Assembly (NCBI RefSeq): GCF_009914755.1
Contig: NC_060945.1
From: the human T2T-CHM13v2.0 reference genome, Homo sapiens
Direction: 5' to 3' (one strand)
DNA length: 64,000 nucleotides
Shown here: piece after piece, positions 1 through 14,048 of the stretch
Layout of the letters: every line of letters starts with the position of its first letter
Position numbering within the stretch: the first letter of the stretch is position 1
The notes under the pieces: model-generated
Told to the model about the DNA's origin: nothing
Seen by the model: only the letters and a program-made list of their open reading frames with translations
Database searches by the model: none
Made by a program: the position numbers and the translations under genes

Positions 1-679
1 GCATTTTTTTTCCTTTGGCTTAATTTTATTTTATTTCCTATGAATATGATTTAAAAAAAAAACCTTTGCAGATATAGAGCCTTGATTTGTTTTACCTTTG
101 AATGCAACATGTATATTCCTGCAGTTCTTAGACTGTTCAATCAGTGCTACCAAATATCTGACGTCAGCTAACACCTAGCAGCACTAACACCTGAGGGTCA
201 AAATTAAACTCTCAGCTGGGGTCTACATACGCCAGTAAAGAAAGGCCTCAAGCCCCAAGTTTTGACTGCTGATTTGTCTTATACTTCTCTTCTTCAATAA
301 AGCTATTACATTTAATTTTAGATGAATTAAGGAAAGAGATGCTGAAGTGAAACTACAGGAATTGTTGAAATGTAAGTAAATGTTTCTTCAAGGCAAGCTA
401 ATCAACTACTGCAAATCCCTTCTGATTTAAGGAAAATATAACAAAAACACGAATATTAGACACATTATGGATTTTTACTGCAGATTTCAACTTTAGACTA
501 TATTCCTGGACTCCTCACTCCGTAAAACCATTCAATACCCTCACATATATTCTCACTTCATTTACTTTGCTACTTTTCTGTTTTGGCGAGTTATAGTACG
601 TCATTATTTTTACATCATTTAAGTTTATAGCATTTATATAAATACTTTTCATAGTTGATTGATCTTGGCTCTATTCTTT

Positions 680-1650
680 ATTTACAAGTATCTTTTTTTC
701 TTCTGGATATTCTTATCATGTAATTCTTCCAGGAAAATTTCGTTTTGTTCCAGAATACTTGTCTATACCAGAAGGGGAATTCAGGAGAGTATAACATTCT
801 TTTTCTTGCTTTCAAAATTTATAAGACTGTCCACTGTTTGATATGAGATGTGCAGAAAGAGAAATCAAAGGATATTTATATTATTCCTTCCTGCATGCTC
901 ATGTGAGATATTTTCCTTATCTTTAAAATTAAATAACTTCACTAGAATATGTTTATGATGATTGCAATGTTAAAATTTTTCCAGAAACAATGGGTGCCTA
1001 TCTAGAATCACTATTGGTTTATTTTAGGAAACACTTTTTTTTTCTTTATATTCTTGGAATTATTTTTTCTCCTTTATTTGTTGAGTTCTCTTTTTCAGGA
1101 ATACTGATTAAGAAAAAAAATGCCAAACGTCTTTTGCCATATTTATGTCTTTTACCACATTTATGGTAAAACACATTATTGCCATTTTACCAATGCTATT
1201 ACCATATTTATGGTCATTTGAAAATCCTCATTCTTTTCTATTTTGTTTTGTGAGATATTTCAAGCCTGTCTGTCATGTTTCTGTGGTTTTTATTTCTGTT
1301 AATCCTGCGTTGGTTACTCAAATGTGGCTTTCTTTCTCTCAAATGTTTATATTACTCTCATTTCTTTGTTAATTATATTAACTCCCTTCCTTGTTTTTTT
1401 CTTATTTCTCATTTGCATGCCTTTATCATTGACATCATCCCTGCTTCTTCCTTCAGGAAACCATCTTGTCTACAATTTATTTGAGAAAATAAAGTTATTT
1501 GTCTAACGTAATTTTTGGTTTCCTCTTGGAGTACTTGTTCTCATTTGCTCTTTGTTTATTTTTCTTTTTCCCTTTAAATTTCCTGGCACTATCTACACCC
1601 ATGTTCCATATTGGATCCTTTGAGATTATTTTTCATTTTTCTATGGAATT
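680..1650 (-). mobile_element. Old LINE-1 (L1M/L1ME-like) fragment
   Basis: T-rich, degenerate antisense L1-like sequence; boundaries approximate. Confidence 0.45.
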
Positions 1651-1961
1651 AGTAGTTTGTTGAAGAATTGGGTGTGGAGGGGAAGCAAAGTAGGAAGTGA
1701 GTGGCAAGAGACTGCAGCCTTGATTCAGCATGTGGCCTGAAAACCCTCTCACTCACCCTGTTACATGCTTTGTCACAGGGGAACATCTTGTTTTTGCCTT
1801 CCAAAAAGGTAGGGCTCAGAAGTCTGTGGATTCACGGGCCCTTTGGTTGTATGCTGTATGGTCACTACTTCCTGTTTTTTTCCTCAGCCTCCTTTGCGCC
1901 CTGGATCCTCCTCCCCACTGGCCAAATAGAAAATGGAAGACACAGAATAGAAATGCTTCTT

Positions 1962-2360
<399 letters not shown>

Positions 2361-2718
2361 AATGCTTCTTCATGCATTTGTCCCGTCATTCTGTTGAGCT
2401 GTTCTGAGATGCACTAAGGACATCCATATTGTTTTTCTGTGATTTATCTTATATATTCCTCCTTTACTCAAAACTTCATAGCAGGACTTTGCAGTATTAT
2501 GACACATTTTGTAGAGGAAAATCTGCACTCTGCTTAAAGAATGAGAAGGGAGAAGGTATGCTTTTTCTTTTTGTTATCCTGTTTGATTTTGGTTCAGATT
2601 TGACAGTAGTTGGCAAATATTCTTTATAGTTTTTGGTTTCAAGTTTTAATTATTTTCTTGTGTTTTTTTGTTCGTTTGTTTCCTTCATTATAAAATTTTT
2701 TCTCCATCCAGTTTTCAT

Positions 2719-2765
2719 ATGTATATGTATGTATGTGTGTATATGTGTATGCATGTGTATTATAT
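2719..2765. repeat. Imperfect (TG/TA)n microsatellite
   Basis: atgtatatgtatgtatgtgtgtatatgtgtatgcatgtgta. Confidence 0.8.
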
Positions 2766-3155
2766 ATCCCATCCTTATTCAAATACACATGTCAAGATTT
2801 CATATATATTTGAGTAACAGTATGGCATAAAATTGTGAACTTGACCTTGTTTAATCGACCTCCTACTCTCTTCTCAACACTTTATTTTACTGGCTCTTCT
2901 TCTTTCTGCCTTTTTGATACTTTATCTTCTCCATTTCTCTGTCCTTTAATGAACCATTTTCCTCTTCTTTATAATTTTAAGGCTTGCTAGAGGTATAATT
3001 CTTAGCTCTCCGCTCTTTTCTTCACTCTCATTGTCCTTTTCCTTCTTCTTCCCATCATTTTTCTATTTTGCCTTCCTGCCTCTCTCCTGCCATCTTCTAT
3101 TTCTTTTATAAGTTACTTCTCAGCAGTTTCACTGTTTCTATACTTTAACTATTGT

Positions 3156-3545
<390 letters not shown>

Positions 3546-3732
3546 TCAAGTCAAACATCTTTGAAACAATTATCATTGCATTCTCTGTATCCTCAGCTGG
3601 ACTTCCACTTTTCCATTGGTTGCATCGGGATGCTGGATCATGCTTTCAAGAACACACCTAATCATTCTCAACAGTATTGCTGTGATACTGCCTAATTACT
3701 TTGTTTTGTTTATTCAGGTTGCAACACTATTG

Positions 3733-3808
3733 TTTCTCTCTCTCTCTCTCTCTCTCCCTCTCTCTCTCTCTCACACACACACATGCACATGTGTATGTGT
3801 ATACACAT
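3733..3808. repeat. (TC)n(CA)n compound microsatellite
   Basis: Direct reading. Confidence 0.9.
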
Positions 3809-3949
3809 AAAATTCACCATTGCTTTACTTAGCCTTAATTAACTAGTAGTAGCATTTACACTCTCTCAGTTACCCAGGGTTAAACGTAAGTTATTATTAT
3901 TATTATTATTAAAAGTTTTTTTCTAACTTGATCGTCTCAGCCAATTCAA

Positions 3950-4589
3950 GTCCAATAATCAGACTTTGCCTTGGCAACGACTTTATCTGTACGCTGCTTC
4001 TAGTTGCACTTTTACCACCCTAAGACCCTTAATGCCATCAATGTGGATATCTAGAGATGCTAAATTCTCTTTCTGTCCCCGCCAATGTACAATGCATGCT
4101 TCTGCTAAATTAGACTATCTGAGCTGGAATGCCAACAGTATCACTGTCTGGCATTAATAATGTCCGTGACTTCCCTTCATGCCCCTAATGAACCAGTAAT
4201 TTGTCCAAGTTCTCCATTATGTTTTCCAACCTGTGCTTCCGGCCTCATGGCAAACAATTCAATTGCCTAGTGCAATTGAATCCTCCACTCACACCTTGAT
4301 GCTTATTAGAGTCTAAATCATACACAAACTATCACTTTTGTGTCTAAGCTCGTAACATTGTTTTTATCCAGAAATCCTGCTTTCTACTATCATGCTTGTC
4401 AAAATCTTATTCATCCTTCTCAAATGGAAACCTTCTTTGTAAAGATTTGTGGATCCCTGTGGCTAGATGTATTCTCTCTTTCTTCAGTTCTTAATATCAT
4501 CTACAAGGCTCTATATAGCCTGGCATTTGCATACCGTTTATTACATATACTACAGCTTGCCTTCTTTGGGTTCCTTAAATAGACCAAGT

Positions 4590-4642
<53 letters not shown>

Positions 4643-4955
4643 CCACGATCTTCACCTTAGCTGTTTGGTATACGTAAAATGTGTTTTTCCTAGTCCTTAG
4701 GATGACTTGATTCTTCTTAAATGTCGTCTCTTATGGAAGTTCATTTATTCCACCCTATTCAAATAGATTTTCGGAACTTTCTCCCATGCCAAATGTTTCT
4801 TTATCATAACACTCTGTCATTTCCCAAACTGACTCTGTGAAGGCAGAACAGAACCCAAATCTGTTTTGTTAACCAAGGTCTACAAACACACATAGTATAG
4901 TTCCTGGCATATAATAGTTGCCAAAATATTTATTAAATGAATAAATGAATGATTA
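3950..4955 (+). mobile_element. L2 fragments including 3' end
   Basis: L2-type 3' end cctggcatataatag...tatttattaaatgaataaatgaatga at about 4900-4952; upstream pyrimidine-rich L2-like sequence. Confidence 0.6.
4590..4642. repeat. (TG)n(TA)n(T)n compound microsatellite
   Basis: Direct reading. Confidence 0.9.
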
Positions 4956-5728
4956 AGCATATTGTTTATACTTTTTCTTTTCATGTCCCAGACTGTATTG
5001 TACTTCCTAATATTTTTCTTGTATTTTATTAGGTTTTAAAACCTTTGAAGTAAAAATAAAACATTTTGCATTGTTCATCTTGGTATCCCTTAGCTTCTAG
5101 TATGGTGCCAAACATTCATGAGATTAATAAATGTTTGCTGAATTAAATCGATTTGAATTAAACCTTCAGAACAATATTAAGTTATTGCCAGGACATCACA
5201 GATGGTAAGTGCAATTTCCTCTGCTAATAGCTTCCAAGGTTGATGATGAGATAAAATCAGTCGAGCATCCATCAATAGGGGAAAAGCTCTTAAAAACTAA
5301 ATCCTCTAAGTCATTGTAGTGTTGCCTCCTTTGTTATACTTTGTTTCCTGCGCCCATCCTTCCTTAGAGCGTCAGACACAGTTCTTATGTACTACTTCAT
5401 TAAGGATAAGTGTAGAGTGATGTCAGGAAGGAGGAAAGGCCAATAAAAGGCCGTTTGTTTTTAGCAATGTTCCTCTTAACCACCAAAGACAATGTGTCCA
5501 TGTGCTTATCCCCTTCTCTCTGCTTAACTCCTTGACTCCAATTTCTCAGCTTACCTCTAATGAGAGAGTGTGCCTTAAATTCGAGATGAGTGCCGGTAAG
5601 GGTTCTTAAAAGCTGGCACATTTCAAGTGCATGGTGAGAAAACTACCCCAGGATTCTGCAGGTGTTAATTATGGTGGAAGCTAGCATAAAGATGCAGAGT
5701 GTAGAGCGGCTTGCTGCTCTGATCTTCA

Positions 5729-5752
5729 TGCCCTCTGGTGCCCTCTGGTGCC
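5729..5752 (-). promoter_or_regulatory. Tandem CTCF-like core motifs (10-bp duplication)
   Basis: Minus strand reads GGCACCAGAGGGCACCAGAGGGCA, versus CTCF core CCASYAGRKGGCR. Confidence 0.35.
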
Positions 5753-6906
5753 TCTAAGAGAGAATGACTGAACCCAACAGTGGATGGCCCCTGTTACTGG
5801 AGATACTCTCTCTCACCCTCTCATATGTGTGTGGAGTGAGAGAACAAACAGCCCCCATGAAACTCACGTTTTTTAGAGTGCAGAAATCTGTGCAAATCTT
5901 AAAATAGCATATGCCCGTGAAGTTTATGTCATCCCTTTTTGGTTCGGTTTCGCTGACTTTCAGAAGGATCATGATATCTTCCTTACTGCATTAACATTTG
6001 CTGACAGAAGATCCTTAAAAACTATCTCAAATATTTGTTATCTCTTTTTCATAAACAAAATCATCTTCTCTTTGCCATAAATGGAACATTTATGTAGATC
6101 CTGGGTAGCATTTCTTAAATCTCACAGATATGAACATAATTCAGCAGATGTAAATTTTTTTTTGTTAGGACTACAAATTAAGCAGTTTGAAGGGTATTTA
6201 AAAAATCTCTATCTTTTCGATGTGTGGCTCTGGGTGTTATCCATTTCTAAGGTGTTCAAGATTAAAGATAATACTGCTATCGCCCTAATGTTCTAACTGC
6301 ATACACACCCTGTACCCAATCTCAGATATCCTCTCCCCTGGCCACTCCTATTCAAAGCAACAAGGACAACCACCACCACAACAATGAACAAAAAACGAAT
6401 CCCAGGAATGGATAAGGTGGTCGCAGATGCCACAGGTTATTGATGGAAGTAATTTTGGAGTCCTTGTTTAGTGCTCATAACATCTTGTATTCTTGGCCTC
6501 CATCTGGACTCTGCCAGTTCCTTAGTCTTAGCAATGTACCAGGCACATAAATTCTCTTTATTAAGAACCAAAACTACTTTTTTCATTTTATGTAAACTCA
6601 TAAGTCACATCTTCAGCTCATTTTGAAGTAAGAATCTTCAGTATAACAGGGGAAATAGTATAACTACTACAAGGTAACTAACAAGTAACAATGTTTGTAT
6701 AAAAGCCAGAGAGTATCTCAGCAGGAAATTTAATATTTTAGAAGAACAGACTTTTAGAGCAAACTTTTACTTACGATATTAACACAAATGAATTCAAGAT
6801 GCCAATAATATTATTCCTACCTTTTATTACTGTCAGTCTGTACAAACTCTTAGCTTATTTGCTTTACAGATCAGTCTGTGAAAATGAATCAACTAGAAAT
6901 GATTTC

Positions 6907-7232
<326 letters not shown>

Positions 7233-7394
7233 TAGCAATCTTTGAGCAACACAGATTGTTTACAAAGGCAATAATAGACAAAAGGGAGATATAAATCAAT
7301 AAATGTGAACAACATCCTCTTCCCATAACATGGCATCTTCTAGGATCTCACTTTCAGTCTGTTCTTTACCTTTGCTCCCTTTTCTAGCCCTATA

Positions 7395-7545
7395 ATGCAG
7401 TGGAAATGCCAGAGTCTGAATGACTTTAGCTTGAGTCCTGGTTCTGACTCCTACCAGCTGTGTGATCACAGTTCCTCTTCTGCAAAACAGAATCTAATAA
7501 CTAACTTCATGAGCTATGAGGAGATTCATGTACAGCACCTATTCC
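7395..7545 (+). mobile_element. MIR
   Basis: ttgagtcctggttctgactcctaccagctgtgtga...cagttcctcttctgcaaaacag...taataactaacttcat matches the MIR core. Confidence 0.7.
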
Positions 7546-7599
7546 AGAGCCAGGGCTACTAGTCTACCTCATGGCCTCAACTCTCTTAGCTACTTAAAC

Positions 7600-8460
7600 A
7601 TTTCCAAGAAGAGCGTCTTTAGCACTGACTTCTCTTCTGAACTGGTGATCTCTAATTGCAACATAAATCTTGATGTCACCCCTTGGACGAAATGTCCTGT
7701 CTTCAATACATGTTGTTTAGAATCAAACATATTATCTGTTTCCCCAAATCTGCACTGACTCCTGGTATACTGGTTTCTCTTAAAGACACTACCATTCCGT
7801 TCACTTACTTAGATGTGACATATCAGTGCCATCTTTGATCCTTCTCCCTGATTTCTTACCTCTATGGAAAAATTTTCAAGTCTGACTATTTCTCCTTCCA
7901 CAGTTTCTCACATTTCTTCCCACCCCTCCATTCCCATTGTCAGCACTAAGTTCACAGTTGTCTCTGATGTCAGCCTCAGCTCACATCTCTTTTGTTCTTG
8001 AAGGATTTTCCTTAATGCTGCTTTGTCACTTCTTTCTTCCTTCTACCTTGATGCTTGACATTCAAATTATTTAGGAATCTGACCCTACTTAAATAGTTAG
8101 TTCTCTCCCACAGAGCACTTTTCACTTTCCTTGCGCTTAAATGCAAATAGTGACTGTTACTATTCACATCTGAGTAACTTGGGCACCTCTACCCACTGTT
8201 CCTCCTACCAAGAAGGCCCCCTACCTGTAGAAATTCTATACATTTCCCAAAATTCAGACTAAAATCTATGTACTCTGCAGACTTCCTTCATCCTGCAACT
8301 TCCAGCTAAACTTCAATGGCCCCTTATCAGTTCCACTTCCTACCTCCATTCTCTGTACATCTTGTCTCTCTTACTAGACTGGAAGATACTCGAGTGCACT
8401 ACTGATATTTTCTTCCTAGTGGGCACATTGTAGGCAGTAAATAAATGTGGCCTGAAAGCT
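7600..8460 (+). mobile_element. L2 fragments
   Basis: Degenerate L2 body ending in gtaggcagtaaataaatgt. Confidence 0.55.
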
Positions 8461-9113
8461 GAAGCAAATGAAGGAACAGCCACATAAATATGCAAGTCAT
8501 TTAGGAAACTTTACATTTATCAAAATGTTTTTCAAGTGGTGAATGCTTTACACAAAGTAAAGTGTTATGTTATTTCATTATGATATAGGAGAATATTTTC
8601 TTATGTCAGTTTGAGGAATAATTTTTTCCATCTTGGCACTTGTGTCAAATTACTACATTTCAAAGTTAGATTTGAAATTGCAGTAGGGATATATTTTTAT
8701 TTTAGTGCTTCTTTAAGTTATAAAGCTTCCCTGATAAATATACCAAATTTATCAATAAACTATGTAGAGTGTCTAGATAAAAACCTTTTGGTAATGTAAT
8801 TCATTCTGATCTTATATCCCAAAGCTTTAAGATTTGCATAAAATCAACATATCTTCTCACTCTTAAAGTACTATTTTGTGTCATTCTAAAAGTAGTGAAA
8901 ATATTCTTTTATATAAAAGGAATTGTAGCCTCACTGAACAATTTAAGTAAACCACTTTTCTTCATTCTCTACTGGCAAAATATTTTATGTTATCTTTAAC
9001 ACTCTCACAATTCCAAGAAAGTAACTATGACATTTGTGCCATAATGAAGCTTCCTCTCAAGTAAGTAAAGGCTCAATACTTGAAAGAAAAGTCTTAACAT
9101 TTACATAGCAGTA

Positions 9114-9374
9114 CAGGGGTTCTCAACCTCAGCACTATTGACATTTTGGTTCTGATTTTTTGTTGTTGTTGACTGTTCCGTACATCGTAGGATATGTGGC
9201 AGCACCCTTGGCCAAGAATGACTTCTGATGTGACTAAGAACTAAGTGACTTAGTCCTCCAGCTACCTTTTGAATTCAAAAGTCAATTCTGAAAGTCTGTT
9301 TATTAGGAAGCCAAGTATCTCTTAGTACTCAGATATCTCTTGGGGGCAAAATTGCCTCCAGTGGAGAATCATTT
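9114..9374 (-). mobile_element. MER20 (hAT-Charlie MITE) carrying a ~90-bp non-MER20 insertion
   Basis: caggggttctcaacctcagcactattgacattttgg ... gggggcaaaattgcctccagtggagaatca; 8-bp TSD-like tagcagta / cagtagta. Confidence 0.85.
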
Positions 9375-9559
9375 CAGTAGTAAAAGTATTTACTAATTCT
9401 ACTTACTGTGTTTTTATAAATTAATCTCCCCAATCTAGCTTTTTGGAGAAAAATAGGCCAACTATGCTTTCCGCTAGTCAACTGCATATGACTCATGGGA
9501 ATGTCTGATTTCCTCCATTTATTAGCATATTGATAGCAAACTCTTCAGGAGCATTCACC

Positions 9560-10480
9560 AAATCAACGTGTATTAAATATCCATTCTGCATTGGGAAAAT
9601 AGATGAAAGAAACACAGACCAAAACCCCTGCTTTCCTGAAGTTTACATACTAGTGGAAGAAGCAAGACAATAAACAAACATATAAAGGAAACATATAGCA
9701 TGTCAGAGGGAGATAAGTTTAAGGCAAAAATTAGAAGAACAGTAAAAAGAATAGGTGATGCTGTGTAAGCAGCATGGGTGGGTCACAATTTTAAATAGGA
9801 TGGCCAGGGTTGTCCTCACTGCCCCCATGACATCTGAGCAAAGGCCTGAAGGAAGTCAGTAGTGAGCGGCCTAGTCCATCTGTGTTGCTATACAGGAATA
9901 CCTAATGCTGAGTAATTTATATAAGTTTATTTAGCTCACGGTTCTGCAGGCTGTACAAGAAGCATGATGCCTTCTGGTGAGGGTCTCAGGGAGCTTCCAC
10001 TTGTGGTAGAAGGGGAAGGGGAGCTGCATCACATGGCAAGAGAGGAGGAAAGAGAGAGAGAGAAGCGAGTGGGGCTGCGCTGTTTTAAATAACCAGCTCT
10101 CACATAAACTAATAGAGCAAGAATGTACTCTTTGCTTTGGTGATAGCACCAAGCTATTCATGAGATATTTGCTCCCATGACCCAAACACCCCCCCACCAA
10201 GCCCCACCTCCAACATTTGGGATCAGACTTCAACATGAGATTCGGAGGGGACAAATATCCAAATGATATCAGGGAGTGAGCTTTCAAACACTTGGCAGAT
10301 GAGCTTTCCAGGTAGAGGGAAGAGAGGCCTTGAAGAAATAGCCTGCCAAAAATAATGAGAAAAAAAACCAAGAAATTACTATGCCTGGAATGGACTTGGG
10401 TGGGGGAATGAGGTAGACAAAATTCCCAGAGAATGGAGGCACACATGAAGATCATATAAGCCCCTTTGGTCATTATAAAC
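9560..10480 (-). mobile_element. L2a, interrupted by the MST LTR
   Basis: Antisense L2a 3' region (aaaacccctgctttcctgaagtttacatactagtgg; gacatctgagcaaaggcctgaaggaag), resuming after 10271. Confidence 0.7.
9867..10271 (-). mobile_element. MST (MSTA/MSTB-like) MaLR solo LTR
   Basis: gctcacggttctgcaggctgtacaagaagcatg ... caacatgagattcggaggggacaaatatccaaatgatatca; 5-bp TSD-like gtgag/gggag. Confidence 0.85.
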
Positions 10481-10984
10481 AGTGAATAAATGACTGTCAG
10501 GAAATATCATATATAAAATAGTGGAAATGATGTTTTCTCATCTATTTGCTTTAGTTGCACTCAGGAACTAGGATCATGATGGTTCAAGGATCCGGGGAGT
10601 GATGTCATTCGTTTGTCTTCCCCAGCAAGGCCCAGGCTTCTGATCATTTCTTTCACTCTTCCTTGATCAAAGTTAAACAGTCAAGGGGTCATCATTTGAG
10701 ATTTTTCTAAGAAACTAGCTGGCTGAACTGATGTAATGCATGTGAAGTTGCGAATGGTTTAGTAATGCTTCATCCAGGGATATTTGCATCATAGAAAAAG
10801 GCCTCTTAAAAATGGACTTTTAGAATTGACTTTTGAATTCAAAAAGTAAATCATTAGCTGGAGAACTAAGTCACTTTTGCAAACCAGGGCATGAGCTGTT
10901 GAGGGCACTTTGGGCCTTTTCAAGACCTGAACTTGGGCTCTAGATCTGACATCATAGACAGTCATCTTGTAGTCTCAAACTATC

Positions 10985-12240
10985 AAACTAGTATGTATTG
11001 GAACCCTGTGAGATATCACTCATTGTCCTTAGGGCTAGGGAAGCAGTGGTGAAAAAGCTAATTCCTAGCCCATTGAGATATTTTATTACGGAGTGAAAGA
11101 GACACAAATTAAAGTAGTAAAATAAAAAAGAATAATATTGGTTACATATAAAGTCTATAGAGACAATTAAAATACAGGAAGTACTACACAGTCTGTCTGC
11201 AACTTCAGATGGCCAGCCAAAAATACCATCTTTAAAGAGTGATATTTAAGCTGAGATCTGAATGTCAAGAAGGAGCATGAGGAAGAGATTTCCAGCAGAG
11301 GAAATAACTAGACCAAAGGCAGCATATAACTTGACATAAGAAATAAGCCCAGCATCTTAGACCAAGTACAGTATATTGCCAGTGAAGTAGGCAGAAGCCA
11401 GGTGGGCCTTGTAGCTCATGATAAGGTATTTGAATTTTATTTGTATGTAATGAGCAGCCAAAGGAGGGTTTTAAGCAGATTAGTGGGATGTTCTAGTTTG
11501 TGTTCTTAGAAGATTAGGGATAGGGGTTGAGAATAGATCAGCTGGGGAAAGAGGCATAGGAAAGACTTGAAACCCAAGACAAGTAAGAAGGTTATGAAAC
11601 CAAATAAACAACCCAGATGAGAGGATGGTGATGGTGAAGGTGAAAAAATTAACTGATTGGTGATGTTTTTGGAGACACGATCGGTAGGATTTTCTGACAG
11701 ATGAAATGGGAGAGATTTTTTTTTCGAGAAGAATCAAGAGCAGCTAGCTCCTAAAGTTTTGGCTTGAACAACTGGGTGGTTTGAGGAATGTTTGGTAAAG
11801 GATGGAAGACTGGAATTGGGGGGAAACACATTTGGAGAGAAAAGCAAGAGCTTAATCTTGGAAATATTGTTTCAGATTCATACGTAAACATCAGTGTAGA
11901 GATTCCAAGCTGGTCCTTGAATATATGTCTAGATTTCTGGGGTACAAGTAGTGTTGGAGCTAGTTGTGGATTGAAAGTCAGCCCAGTGGTGGGTGTTTAG
12001 TATCATGGGGCTGGGAGAGTCATTCAGAGAGACTCTATAGCGGGAGATAAGCAGAGGACCCCAGGCCCCTGGTCTGGCCCCAGAGACTGTGTGGAGGAAG
12101 ATGAACCAGCAGAGGAGAATGAGAAGTTCTGGTAGTGATTTAGGTGGAAAATTATCAGCATACAGCACCAGAGCAGCCAAAAGAATGAAGTAGCCAATTA
12201 TGTTGAAAACTTTGAGGAGTCAAGAGAAATACAGAGAAAT
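10985..12240 (-). mobile_element. L2
   Basis: gtgatatttaagctgagatctgaatg; gagcagccaaaggagggttttaagcag; ttttggcttgaacaactgggtgg. Confidence 0.7.
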
Positions 12241-12399
12241 GGCATGTGACATGATCACATGATAATTACAAAGTCTCTCAAATGACTGCAATGCCCCTTG
12301 TGTGTTGTGAACACACAATGAATACCTGTGAAATAAAAAGCCACACACAAAATCAGGCTGATCCCAGTGCTGCATTTTTGCTGAACTGAAAATCGTTCA

Positions 12400-13100
12400 C
12401 ACATCTATTCTGAAATATTTGCTTAGCCCCACCTAAGTACCAGACACTGTCTAAGCACCGATGATATAGAAGGAGAAAATACAGATACAGTTCTTGCTCT
12501 TCTGGGGCTTACATTGCAGTGAATAAAGTTAGACAATCATCAAAAGGCTTATCAATAATTTATTTTCAGATGATGATAAATGCTATGATGAAAATGATGT
12601 AGAGTGATAGGATGCAGAGTGCCTGAGAGAGGCAGGTAGCTTACAGAAATCTCAGCACAAAGAACAGGAGGATGGAGACGTGGCAGACATAAACACTGAG
12701 AGAGCAGTATTTTAGGCACCACAAAGTCGAAGCCTAAGGACCCCGAGGTTGGAATAAATTTGTTATATTTGAGGAACTGCCAGGAGCTCTGCATTGATGG
12801 GATGAGGACTAAGAGGGAGATTATTATGAGATGAGGTAAGAGAGCTAAGGTGGGGGACAGATGATGCAAATCCACAGGAAGGATTTTAGATTTCATCATT
12901 CAAAGTAAAATTGAAAGTTATTGGAGGGGTTTAATCCAAGGGGTTATATGGATATAACTTTGTTTCAGTTTCAAATGTAAAACACTAGTGCAGGTGTAGA
13001 TAATGAGTGAGCATCAAAGTAACGTGGAAGCAGAGAGGTCAATGCGAAAGCTATCATGGTAGCCCAGGCAAGAAAAAATAGTGGCATGAAATAGTGCGAT
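12400..13100 (-). mobile_element. L2a
   Basis: Antisense L2a 3' end (gtaccagacactgtctaagcac...cttacatt...aaatgctatgatgaaaat). Confidence 0.7.
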
Positions 13101-13750
13101 AGAAATGAGCAAAGCGGTAAGTGGCAGAGCTGGGATGCCCACAATGGACCTGTCTGACTTCAAATTTGTGTTCTTTCCCATGATTTCACACTGCCTTCCA
13201 AGCCTGGCAATCCCTTGCAGTCTGGCGAGAATGCAGGAGTCAGTTACATAGCTACACGCCAAGTAACTAAGAAATGTTTCTTACAACAATGCATAAATGT
13301 GACAAACTTGGCATTTGTATAAGGAGTTTATGTTAGATCTGTCTGGGAAATAACAATGAAAACAGTGAGTTAAAACACAATAGAAACAACTTAAAGCCTT
13401 TGGCAGGCATTTTTGAGAATTTTTTGTTAGACATTGGCTATTTCCAGAAGACTTCTACCCAACAATAAATAATTTTCATTGTTATGAAAAGGGTAACCCT
13501 TTACATGGAAAACTTAACAAACAACTAATGTTAATATTAAAAGGATAATAAGCTGCTTCATTTCTAAATTAACAACTAAATAATAATCCTCTGATTATAT
13601 ATTTACATTGTTTTTCTTTGGATCTAACTTGGCCATTACTGGATTTAAGATTTGAGTTATCATGTCAAGACTTTAACCACCTTCAGCTCGAACATCAAAC
13701 CACTAAATTTCATCACCCCCTAGTCTCCTGTGAAGGCAGTAATTTTTCCA

Positions 13751-14048
13751 TTTTTATTTATTTATTCAAGACAGAATCTTGCTCTGTTGCCCAGTCTGGA
13801 GTGCGGTGTCACGATCTTGGCTCACTGCAGCATCCGCCTCCCAGGCTCAAGCAATTCTCTTGCCTCAGCCCCGCCGAGTAGCTGGGATTACAGGCAAGTG
13901 CTATCACGCCTGGCTAAATCTTGTGTTTTTAGTAGAGAAGGGTTTCACTATGTTGGCCAGCTGGTCTCGAACTCCCGGCCCCAAGTGATCTGCCCACTTC
14001 GGTCTCCCAGAGTGCTGGGATTACAGGCATGAGCCACTGTGCCTGGCC
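13751..14048 (-). mobile_element. AluS
   Basis: Full antisense Alu; TSD-like atttttc(c/a)attttt. Confidence 0.9.

Noticed and set aside
4257-4281. Perfect short hairpins (attcaattgc/gcaattgaat; also 12298-12318 and 53158-53174)
   Set aside because: 8-10-bp AT-rich stems are expected by chance in 64 kb and show no miRNA-like context
9931-10473. 180-aa minus-strand ORF
   Set aside because: Spans an MST LTR and L2 sequence; no coding signature
9560-13100. Apparent triplication of similar purine-rich blocks
   Set aside because: Independent, highly diverged L2 3' ends in the same orientation rather than a local duplication
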